Shown here piece by piece: positions 1 through 8,081 of a stretch of DNA of 36,609 bases. Location of the stretch: the IMG/VR virus record IMGVR_UViG_3300000117_000005, positions 1 through 36,609 of that record. The stretch is one strand, 5' to 3'. The number at the start of each line of letters is the position of its first letter. Positions within the stretch are counted from its first letter, which is position 1. The notes under the pieces are model-generated. The model ran no database searches. It saw nothing but the letters and a program-made list of their open reading frames with translations, and was not told the DNA's origin. The stretch is from a virus. The translations under genes and the position numbers were made by a program.

Positions 1-67
1 AAAGCGTTAAGTGCATGTACCAAAAAGAAATATCTCGTTTAGCTACAAAAGAAAAGTCATGGAAACG
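1..67. repeat. Terminal direct repeat, copy 1 (identical to 36543..36609); marks circular closure or terminal redundancy
   Basis: Base-by-base comparison: the 67 nt aaagcgttaagtgcatgtacc...gtcatggaaacg occur at both contig ends. Confidence 0.95.
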
Positions 68-203
68 GCTTGCATTTGATATGCTCTCCAATTTCCAGCA
101 TGGAATTAGAGAGACGAAACCCGTAACCGAGGAACGCGTAGAAGCGTGGAATGCGTGGTGGAAAGAGTTAACAAAAACCAATGTCGCCGACTTTAAATTA
201 TAA
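1..203 (+). CDS. 3' part of a ~115-aa hypothetical protein gene that wraps the contig junction (ATG at 36398)
   Basis: ORF 15..203 is in frame with the open frame starting at ATG 36398 once the 67-nt overlap is collapsed (36557 corresponds to 15). No stop occurs in between. Confidence 0.6.
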   Translation, partial: SVKCMYQKEISRLATKEKSWKRLAFDMLSNFQHGIRETKPVTEERVEAWNAWWKELTKTNVADFKL

Positions 204-217
204 CCCCCAGTTGAAAC

Positions 218-460
218 ATGAAGAATAAAATGTCTCAAACGCCTTGTTCTGAGCAGAACGGAGCGGGTCCCGAACGGGACGGCTCAACTGGGGGTTCACC
301 GCGCATAGGAGGGTGCCCAATGTGTGGATGCACTGATTACCATTGCATTGACTGGACGACATTAAACCAGTGTATGGATTGCGAATACGTATGGGTACCC
401 GCCGCCCACGAAGCGAGGAACGAGCGGAGTGGCGCGGTGAACGCCCAAGCTGACTCATGA
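218..460 (+). CDS. Small Cys-rich (zinc-ribbon-like) protein in a G+C-rich islet
   Basis: ATG at 218. Contains CPMCGC...HC...CMDC Cys pairs. Its stop overlaps the next start (ATGA at 457-460). Confidence 0.6.
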   Translation: MKNKMSQTPCSEQNGAGPERDGSTGGSPRIGGCPMCGCTDYHCIDWTTLNQCMDCEYVWVPAAHEARNERSGAVNAQADS

Positions 461-777
461 CCACCGAACCAATGACTCCCGATTCACCAGAAAACTCCGC
501 AGAGGTGGGCATTGATGTCCAGCGTCTTGTTGTGCCCCGTTCGCCCGTCTGCGGATGGCAATGGGTGAAATGCGACGACTGCGGGACAACGTGGAAAGAG
601 AGGAGCCGTGACATTCTCAGTCCGTCCCGAGTGGATTGCCCGAACCATTGCGATCACGGCGGCGATACTCACGTATGGAAAACCCAACGAGCAGACTTGC
701 CGAGAGATCGAAGCGGGAACCTGCTGAAATACGAGTCCGAGATTCTCACGCGAGGTCTTGGGCACAACAGTCGGTGA
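457..777 (+). CDS. Small Cys/His-rich (zinc-finger-like) protein in a G+C-rich islet
   Basis: ATGA overlap with the upstream ORF. Contains CGW...CDDCG...CPNHCDHG metal-ligand-like clusters. Confidence 0.6.
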   Translation: MTTEPMTPDSPENSAEVGIDVQRLVVPRSPVCGWQWVKCDDCGTTWKERSRDILSPSRVDCPNHCDHGGDTHVWKTQRADLPRDRSGNLLKYESEILTRGLGHNSR

Positions 778-802
778 AGTATCAGAGGCTACAGAGTTTC
801 TT

Positions 803-991
803 ATGATGGCCCAAAACTACCAGTCTCAGATAGACCTAATATCCGTTAAGATCACTAGACTGATGGGTGGAGTTAAAGATGACTTGATTCACGAGCTAGT
901 AGACCAAGCTGTTCTCAACAAAGAATCCATTGAGTGGATCGTTGAAGAGGTACAGAGCTGGGAAAGGTACACGCAAGAACTAAAGATTTGA
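803..991 (+). CDS. Hypothetical protein
   Basis: The track ORF 758..991 starts at TTG. The first ATG (MMAQNYQ...) is at 803. Confidence 0.5.
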   Translation: MMAQNYQSQIDLISVKITRLMGGVKDDLIHELVDQAVLNKESIEWIVEEVQSWERYTQELKI

Positions 992-1020
992 TTGATCTGA
1001 GCAAATAAATTAATTTGATT

Positions 1021-1371
1021 ATGAGGACTCATCCACTTTTGGCGTACAGACTAAAACATCCAGTCCCTATAATGGATAACATCGAAGAGGGGGATATGAT
1101 TGTCTTAAAAACTTGGGAAAATAACCCGTCTAAAAACCCAAGATACTGTAATCCAATGATCCGCAGAGCCAGGATGAACTTTCCGTACTGGCATCGAGAG
1201 GTTCAGATGCTCCAGAGAAAGCCTATAAGGGTGCTTGAAGTGACTGGAGAGGGTCTACATAGGGCTGCATACGTGGACATGGCTAAATACCTAGGTAGGA
1301 CTCTTGAGAAAAATGACCACGGCTGCCGATGGCTTCTTCTTTCGGATGTAAGAAAGGTTAATCAGAAATGA
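1021..1371 (+). CDS. Hypothetical protein
   Basis: The track ORF starts at TTG 1015 and the ATG is at 1021. The 3' end overlaps the next start (ATGA at 1368). Confidence 0.55.
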   Translation: MRTHPLLAYRLKHPVPIMDNIEEGDMIVLKTWENNPSKNPRYCNPMIRRARMNFPYWHREVQMLQRKPIRVLEVTGEGLHRAAYVDMAKYLGRTLEKNDHGCRWLLLSDVRKVNQK

Positions 1372-1682
1372 GCTATACAGAACTAATTTACCAAGAGCTT
1401 GAGATAAAGGAATGGCCCCTTTTAAAAGTAGGAGACGAAAAGTTCTTTGGCTACGTTCTTTCAATGGGAGTAATGCCTAATGATTTTTGCGAAGGTCTGG
1501 GATATATGAGACAATATGTTGACTTTGGATGTGGCGATCAATACGAGAGGTACATTTTGCCTAACGATGATCAACTTAAAGAAGATTTGATTGACATTTT
1601 GTGGGACAACATTGAGGGACAATGCTTTGGCAAGTTATGGATTTATAAATTAGAAGACGGGTATAAGGTAGATTTGCCGTAG
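1368..1682 (+). CDS. Hypothetical protein
   Basis: ATGA-coupled to the upstream ORF and lies in the same-strand early operon. Confidence 0.55.
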   Translation: MSYTELIYQELEIKEWPLLKVGDEKFFGYVLSMGVMPNDFCEGLGYMRQYVDFGCGDQYERYILPNDDQLKEDLIDILWDNIEGQCFGKLWIYKLEDGYKVDLP

Positions 1683-1691
1683 CAATCCAAC

Positions 1692-2120
1692 ATGAACAAA
1701 CTTAAGCAGTCCGAGATCAAATCATTCAGGGAGGAACTCCTAATCCAACAAGGAGGACGAGATCCTATTACAGGATTGCAGATCAAAGATGCGGTCTTAG
1801 ACCACGATCATGTCTCAGGACACGTCAGATGCGTTCTACAGCGTGAAGTCAATTCATTCGAGGGTAAGGTATGGAATGCGTACAAACGCTTTATACGGCC
1901 TCTTGGAGCCTCTTATGAGGATGTTCTCATTGCTATCATAGAATACTGGAGCAAAGATTACTCATCAAATCCTATCCATCCTAAGCACAGAACTGACACA
2001 GATAAGGTAGTCCGAGAGTACAGGCGTAGGATCAATAGAGCTAAAAGACCTCAGACAAAAGAGAAGTACAGAGTCCTAATAAGGGATTTGACAAAGAAGC
2101 CAGAATCACTACAGTCCTAA
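1692..2120 (+). CDS. His-Me finger nuclease, endonuclease VII-like
   Basis: Motif LDHDHVSGHVRCVLQREVNSFEGK matches the DH-H..G.vR..L...N..G core of T4 endonuclease VII-type nucleases. The N-terminal CxxC pair is missing. Confidence 0.55.
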   Translation: MNKLKQSEIKSFREELLIQQGGRDPITGLQIKDAVLDHDHVSGHVRCVLQREVNSFEGKVWNAYKRFIRPLGASYEDVLIAIIEYWSKDYSSNPIHPKHRTDTDKVVREYRRRINRAKRPQTKEKYRVLIRDLTKKPESLQS

Positions 2121-2122
2121 TC

Positions 2123-2314
2123 ATGTCAGAAGAACCTACCATTTCGTACCAAGACTTATCCCAAGCAGTCAACATTATAGACCTGGCTGCTAAACGTGGA
2201 GCATTCCACGGTAAAGAACTTTCCGTTGTTGGATCTCTTAGAGATAGAATAGAAGAGTTTCTATCATCTAAAGAAGAAGAAATTATCCCTCCCGATACAT
2301 CAGATCCAGAGTGA
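2123..2314 (+). CDS. Hypothetical protein (last gene of the plus-strand arm)
   Basis: ATG at 2123 lies 3 nt after the previous stop, and a terminator hairpin follows the gene. Confidence 0.55.
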   Translation: MSEEPTISYQDLSQAVNIIDLAAKRGAFHGKELSVVGSLRDRIEEFLSSKEEEIIPPDTSDPE

Positions 2315-2340
2315 TCTGCTCTCCGCACGCATGGCACCTC

Positions 2341-2377
2341 AAGGGCAGTGGGCTTAAAAACCTGCTGCCCTTTTTTT
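2341..2377 (+). terminator. Rho-independent terminator at the convergence point of the two arms
   Basis: AAGGGCAG (2341-2348) pairs with CTGCCCTT (2365-2372), followed by T7 (2371-2377). The T-run overlaps the stop of the convergent 788-aa gene. Confidence 0.75.
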
Positions 2378-4742
2378 AGTTACGGACAAGAGGGACTTGC
2401 TGAACTCCATCTTCCCTAGATTGAGAAGTAAGTATTCCAGGAATAGCTGCTCCAATCAAGCTTCCGTTCTTAATGTCAGAAGCAACCTTTTCAGCAATAT
2501 TTAAAGCCTTGCGGTAAACCGTATTAGCGGCATCTTGCCTTTTAAGAAAATTTGACTTAGAAGCTGCTGTTAAAACTTGTTTAGAATTAAGCAAATCTAA
2601 GTATTCTTTCCTGTATTTAGGGTTAAGGGTCATGTTATAAGCAGTCTCTAAAAACTTTTTATTAGAAGAATCTTTAATAGCTTTAGAGATTGCCATTCTT
2701 ATGTAAACAAAATGAGCTGCATCTGGAGCTAACTTGCCATCTACGTAATCTTGTCCAGCTTTTGCTAATGATTCCACTGCGTCTACTTTTGATCCAGATT
2801 TTAACAAAAAACCTATTTGTTGTACTCTTTTTTGAGCAGCCTTATTCGGGGCTAATCTATAAACTGAACTTTTTAAAATATCACCAGTGCGATCAGTTCC
2901 ATAAATAGCTTCCAATATTTGATTCATGTTGGCGTTAGCTGGCAACGACCTAATCTTAGCTGCAAAATAACTTCCGTATAAATCATTGGCTTCTGATGGA
3001 CTAACATTAGCAATCTCGTCCATAAATTTTTTTGCTTGATTGAAGTCATTAGTTCTCGGCTTCGCCATAAATATAGAATCAAGAAACTGATCGGCATTTA
3101 ATTCTCCCTTAGAGATAATTTCTCCGAGCCTAGTGTTCTTCTTGAAATCATTTAAAGCCTTAGCAGACCTTGAGTAAGCCTCGTCGACCTTTCTAAAATC
3201 ATCTCCAAGAGCAGTTCTTAGTTCTTTAATTAATTTTTTAGCGTTTGATTTTACTTGGCTTCCTACACTGCTGTTAAAGTTGGGGTCAGACTTAAGAATA
3301 TCTCCTAGTTCTCTAATTGCTAAATGAACTTGCTCTGCTGGCTTTGTGATTTCAACTCTATCTTCAAGTCCTATTTGCCTTCCAGCAGAATCAAAAAGAA
3401 CTACATCGCCCTCTTTTGGAGACTCCAGCAACTTTTTCCACCTCATCGCAGCTTTTTGAGCCTTGTCTCCAGGGTTGCTGTTTTTTATTATTTCATCAGC
3501 TAAGTTTACAGCACCTGCAACATTTATGTCTCCTAATCTTTTATAAACCTCAGGATATTCCCTGCCTATTAGTGCCATAGGCATTTGGAATTGAACCTTT
3601 TGTATATTAGATGCTAAATCTTGTGCTGATGAAAAAACATTAAGAAGTGTTTCCTCTGGATTTAAAAGGTCAATATCTTGCTTGGACAATCTTCCAAATG
3701 TTCTTGAAAGCATAGCAGAAAGATTATTAGAAGCTTCTGCGTATTCTTTAGCGTACTTAGCAGCTAGTCTTGGATTTTTTTCTAATGCCTTCTTAAACTG
3801 TGCAGCAGAAAACTCCTCTAAAGCAGCAGAAGGCTCTATAATTTCTTTAGAAGCCACTGCTTTTAATTCATCTATATCTACACCAAGATCAATTAAAGAA
3901 TTTATGCTTTTTACATCTCTAGCTTTTTTTCTAGCTGCTGGAGAAAGTTTTCGCCAGATAGCAGGAGCCAAATCCTCTAAAACTCCACCACCAGAAGTAG
4001 CTATAGCGTCAAAAACAACCTGACCACCGTCGAACTCTCCACCACCAGCTACTTGAATACCTTCTCTTATTCCAGATGTGGTAGCTCCAGAAGCAATGCC
4101 TCTAGCAACTTTTTTTGCTAGACCTTTCCCAGCAGAAGTGAATTTTCCTGCTGGCATAAATGTAGCTATTTCTCCAACTAAAGAGATAGCGTCTTGAAGA
4201 GACCATCCAGGAGAGTTTATAGCTAACTCTTCCCCATTTATAGTTATCGTTGGGTACGGGCCATCAATATTAACATCAAATCCTTCGTCAGCAAGAAGCA
4301 TAGCCCTTTCCTTAACATCTGGATATAGCAAAGCATTAACCATTCCACCAAAACCACCCCTGTACTCGTTAAGGTTCTTTAGTCTTATTTTCGCAGCTTC
4401 ATCAAGATCTTCAATACTAGGGGGCTTTTCAGATTCAAATTCCAGCCTTGATTGATATGACGGTATAACGCCTCTACGAACGCCTTCAAAATCCCTTCTC
4501 ATAGCCTCTAACTCCTTAGAAGCAAATTGCTTGGCAGATCGTTTTACTTTATCTAAAAGAGGTATTTCCTCAGGAGAATCTCTTAGCTCTCCCAAGGCAG
4601 GTTGATTTGGGGTTTGCCTTGGTTCTCCCGTGCCGTAACGAGCAACATACTCGTCTACTAGTATTTTTACGTCTTCAGTATTGCCAGCATTTTCAGCTTT
4701 TATAATAGCCTGCTTGAGCTGTTCTTGAGTTACATCAGCCAT
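2376..4742 (-). CDS. Large virion-associated protein (putative internal/ejection protein), 788 aa
   Basis: ATG start. Last and largest gene of the late operon. Helical, K/E/A-rich composition. The call rests on position only. Confidence 0.4.
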   Translation of the reverse strand: MADVTQEQLKQAIIKAENAGNTEDVKILVDEYVARYGTGEPRQTPNQPALGELRDSPEEIPLLDKVKRSAKQFASKELEAMRRDFEGVRRGVIPSYQSRLEFESEKPPSIEDLDEAAKIRLKNLNEYRGGFGGMVNALLYPDVKERAMLLADEGFDVNIDGPYPTITINGEELAINSPGWSLQDAISLVGEIATFMPAGKFTSAGKGLAKKVARGIASGATTSGIREGIQVAGGGEFDGGQVVFDAIATSGGGVLEDLAPAIWRKLSPAARKKARDVKSINSLIDLGVDIDELKAVASKEIIEPSAALEEFSAAQFKKALEKNPRLAAKYAKEYAEASNNLSAMLSRTFGRLSKQDIDLLNPEETLLNVFSSAQDLASNIQKVQFQMPMALIGREYPEVYKRLGDINVAGAVNLADEIIKNSNPGDKAQKAAMRWKKLLESPKEGDVVLFDSAGRQIGLEDRVEITKPAEQVHLAIRELGDILKSDPNFNSSVGSQVKSNAKKLIKELRTALGDDFRKVDEAYSRSAKALNDFKKNTRLGEIISKGELNADQFLDSIFMAKPRTNDFNQAKKFMDEIANVSPSEANDLYGSYFAAKIRSLPANANMNQILEAIYGTDRTGDILKSSVYRLAPNKAAQKRVQQIGFLLKSGSKVDAVESLAKAGQDYVDGKLAPDAAHFVYIRMAISKAIKDSSNKKFLETAYNMTLNPKYRKEYLDLLNSKQVLTAASKSNFLKRQDAANTVYRKALNIAEKVASDIKNGSLIGAAIPGILTSQSREDGVQQVPLVRN

Positions 4743-4771
4743 GAGTAATTAATTTATAAAAATAAACTTTG

Positions 4772-6037
4772 TTATTTATCAGTGTATCTATCAATAATAT
4801 TCTTGAGGACTTCATCATTCGATCCTTGCTTAGGAGTTACTGATTCTTCATCGCTTCCAGATTCTTTAAACTTAGAGTCAGCAATTTTTTTACCGTGGAC
4901 AACTTTAGTGTACTCATATTGAAGTCTTTTTAAGTTTTCAACTAACTGTTTTTGACTCATGGATTGATCTACGCTTCCGCGAACGGCTTGCAAAAACTCA
5001 ATTTCTCGTTCTGTAACATTACCTAGGGCACCCCCCGTAGGAGAAGCAGCTCTCATTGCATTAAGCTGATCAAAACCAATATTAGCTTTTATTGTATCTA
5101 AAAGAGATCTTAAATCGTTTGCTCTAGTTCCCCCAATATTTTTAAATACTTGACCAAAGACACCAGTTGTAAAGGATTCAGGATCTTCCGCTAATTCTAT
5201 AGATCTTTGAATCTCGTCAAGCACAAGAACTGATTTATCTAATTTTGATTCTTCTTTTTGCTTGGCAGCCTCAGTAGCAGCAGCAATTTCCTTTTTTCGC
5301 TTTATGTCTTCAGGAGATCCAGGAATTGGGTCCATTCTGAATGTACCATCTGCGAGTTTTACTAACTGCATTCCTGGAGCAATAGGGCCAAACTGTCCTT
5401 CGCCTCCTACGTTTATTGTAGTTCCAGATTTCTTTGAATTCTGAAATTCAATAAAAGAGATTGGTTTTTCTCCAGGAGGTAAAGTTCGTTTATAATATTC
5501 GTAATCTTCTATACTAACAGAAGGTTTTGGGTCAGCCTTAGGTTCGGCTTCCAACCTTTTAACATAAGCACCAAAAATCATGCCTGGATTTGCCTTTATT
5601 GCATCACTAATTCTTTTCTGCTGTTCAGGAGTAAGTTCTCTATCGCCAGTTAATTGACTCAATGCAAAAATATCGGCTTTGGTCATTTGCTCAAGCTGAG
5701 CAGCAGCTTTATCGGCAGCCCTATTAGCAAGACCCATTGCTTGGGCGTACTTTAAAGTTTCTTCAATAGGAACATATTTAGACAACTCTTCAGCGGTGAC
5801 ACCAGCAGGAACAAATTGATTATTTTTATCGCTTTCAATTATTTGATTTAAAAGTTTAATATTAAGTTCCTTTTTTTCCTTCTTCTCGATATTATCTTTA
5901 CGCTTCTCAAGACCTGACTGAATAGCATTAAATATTCCCTGATTAGCCTGAGCTTTAATGGCAGCTATCTGTGGAAGTGCTGAGTAATCTCTGCGAAGTG
6001 CGTTAAGATTTAATGGAGTTCTTGATTTAAGTGCCAT
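4772..6037 (-). CDS. Virion-associated protein (putative internal/ejection protein), 421 aa
   Basis: ATG start. K/E/A-rich. Lies in the late operon downstream of the tail fibre. The call rests on position only. Confidence 0.4.
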   Translation of the reverse strand: MALKSRTPLNLNALRRDYSALPQIAAIKAQANQGIFNAIQSGLEKRKDNIEKKEKKELNIKLLNQIIESDKNNQFVPAGVTAEELSKYVPIEETLKYAQAMGLANRAADKAAAQLEQMTKADIFALSQLTGDRELTPEQQKRISDAIKANPGMIFGAYVKRLEAEPKADPKPSVSIEDYEYYKRTLPPGEKPISFIEFQNSKKSGTTINVGGEGQFGPIAPGMQLVKLADGTFRMDPIPGSPEDIKRKKEIAAATEAAKQKEESKLDKSVLVLDEIQRSIELAEDPESFTTGVFGQVFKNIGGTRANDLRSLLDTIKANIGFDQLNAMRAASPTGGALGNVTEREIEFLQAVRGSVDQSMSQKQLVENLKRLQYEYTKVVHGKKIADSKFKESGSDEESVTPKQGSNDEVLKNIIDRYTDK

Positions 6038-6074
6038 AGTTATATTACTTTTAATTTTTAGTCTCCAGAGCTAG

Positions 6075-8081
6075 TTAGCTAATTCCAAGTTTTTTCTTGC
6101 CATACCCAATACCAAGATCTAAAAGACCTCCAACAACTGGGCCAGCAAATTCAGCAGCAAGTTGCTTGTCTCCTGAATCTCTAATTGCTTCAGATCTTTG
6201 AGTATTTTGTATTAAGCTTAATCTGTTACCTATATCTGTTCCAAAAACATTAAGCAAAACATTAGGATCTATTCCAATGTTAGGAGCTATTTGACTATAA
6301 ATACCACCCTCAATATCTGCCATTAGCCCAGCAGTAGCTCGTTGCTGACCAAGAAGATTACTTGCAAGCTGTAGGTTTACGTTCTTCTGTTCAGCTCGCT
6401 GCCTTCCAGCAAGCATTTTACTAATGTTTCCTAGACCTCGTCCTCCAGATACAGCTTGTCCGTAACCAGCTTGAGTTGCATCACGATCTTCAAGGAAAGA
6501 CAATGGCCCCATTAGTCTTTCAGCTTCTAGTCCCTGCATTTCAGACCTGCGAGCAAGTGATTGCATCAGTGGGCTTTGAGCATCACGTACTGCACCAGTA
6601 ATTTGGCCGTAAAGATCAGTAGCAAATCCTGCTTGCTGAGGAGCAATCTCTCTATCTAATGCTATTACCTCTTCGGCGAACTCTTTAGGTGCTCCAGATT
6701 TTATTTGGCTTACAGCTTCTGGGAAAATATCCTGCAACTGCCCTGGAGTAATCTCTCCTCTTTCAGCAAATGCAGCAATTAAACCAGTAATGCCAGATGT
6801 CTCAAGTATTTCGGTAATCTCACCTGAAGACAACCCATTGCCACCTCCAATATTTACTGAAACATTACCTCCAGCACCACCTTGACCTCCAGCAGAACTA
6901 ACATCTGTACTTACTGGGCCTGTTGTAACTGCACCACCAGTAAGGGTTGTTGCTCCAGTAGTAAGCGAAGTATCTCCAGTGGACACGTCACCTCCATAAA
7001 GGTCACCTCCAGTTAATGTACTGTCACCCCCAGTTAATGTTGTGGCTCCTGTACTAACAGTAGTATCTCCACCAGTAAGGGTTGTGTCTCCTATTTCAGA
7101 AGTAGATGAAGCGTCTGAGGTGCCACCTGTTGCGGTAGATGAACCCGTCTGGGTTGTGTCGCCAGAAGATACAAGCATCCCATTTTCGTATTGCTGCCCG
7201 TCAAATTCTCCTGTAAAATTAGGATCAAGTCCCTCATCTGTAAGTCCGTTTAATTCTGCGTCTGTCATATTTACTGGCCCCACTACGTCTTGTTGATTTC
7301 TAGACTCTAAACCTAGTGCATTTGCTAAATTTCTAATTCCAACTCCTTGATTAATTAATTCTTGGGCTTTTTCAGCCATTCCTTCTGGAATAAAAACACC
7401 AGAACCTGGGGGAAACTCCAGCCATCCACCACCACCAGTTGTTGTTTCTGGCAGGTCAATTCCTTCACCAGTTGCAGGATCTCCTGAACTAATTCCACTG
7501 CTTTCAGTACTACTATCAGTATTGGTATCGCTATTAACATCGGTAGTATTGGTAACAGTTTCATTGTTCACAGGAGCGCCTGATTCGTCCACAAATACTG
7601 GAACAAACCCTGGAGTTCTTGTGCCTATAATATCTTGTCCTGACTGCCTTCTTATTTGGTTAATCCTTATTAGTTCATCAAGGGTAACAACCCTTGAGTT
7701 TTCTCCATATCCAATTCTAACTCCTGGAACTATTCCTATTTGTTCACCCTCTTCATTACGTTTAACAATATTAACTGGCTCACCTGATAATTCCTCCCCC
7801 TGCATTTCTGGGCCTTCTGGCTCACCCAGTCCACCAGCAACATCATAAACCCAGTCAGGTAAACCATCGGGCAAGACTCCGTACCGAGCCATTATGTTAT
7901 TAATTGCTATTCTGGCTTGCATTATCCCCTCTGCACCCAATGGTGCACCACCAGACATACCTTGTAATCCACCAGGGCCAAATGGATCAGGCCCTGCTCC
8001 AGTATTTACTGACCAAGCAGATCCTTCTCCTGGGCTTTGAGGGTATATACCGTAGTTTATATCTGTCTGTGGAAAATACAT
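6075..8081 (-). CDS. Virion-associated protein with a central G/T/S-rich low-complexity repeat, 668 aa
   Basis: ATG shares one base with the fibre stop (TAATG at 8081). Central TLTGGD/TTLTGG-type repeats. Confidence 0.45.
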   Translation of the reverse strand: MYFPQTDINYGIYPQSPGEGSAWSVNTGAGPDPFGPGGLQGMSGGAPLGAEGIMQARIAINNIMARYGVLPDGLPDWVYDVAGGLGEPEGPEMQGEELSGEPVNIVKRNEEGEQIGIVPGVRIGYGENSRVVTLDELIRINQIRRQSGQDIIGTRTPGFVPVFVDESGAPVNNETVTNTTDVNSDTNTDSSTESSGISSGDPATGEGIDLPETTTGGGGWLEFPPGSGVFIPEGMAEKAQELINQGVGIRNLANALGLESRNQQDVVGPVNMTDAELNGLTDEGLDPNFTGEFDGQQYENGMLVSSGDTTQTGSSTATGGTSDASSTSEIGDTTLTGGDTTVSTGATTLTGGDSTLTGGDLYGGDVSTGDTSLTTGATTLTGGAVTTGPVSTDVSSAGGQGGAGGNVSVNIGGGNGLSSGEITEILETSGITGLIAAFAERGEITPGQLQDIFPEAVSQIKSGAPKEFAEEVIALDREIAPQQAGFATDLYGQITGAVRDAQSPLMQSLARRSEMQGLEAERLMGPLSFLEDRDATQAGYGQAVSGGRGLGNISKMLAGRQRAEQKNVNLQLASNLLGQQRATAGLMADIEGGIYSQIAPNIGIDPNVLLNVFGTDIGNRLSLIQNTQRSEAIRDSGDKQLAAEFAGPVVGGLLDLGIGYGKKKLGIS

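Noticed and set aside
1-67. The terminal 67-nt repeat as a mobile-element inverted or direct repeat
   Set aside because: The repeat sits exactly at both contig ends and restores a continuous ORF when joined. This is the signature of circular assembly overlap, not of an insertion.
198-765. Antisense ORFs 198..614 and 484..765, and similar long antisense ORFs (31954..32460, 32741..33145, 17492..18409, 15741..16043 and others)
   Set aside because: They lie entirely opposite better-supported genes, mostly in G+C-rich stretches where stop codons are rare. Their products are Arg/Pro/Ser-rich and have no motifs.
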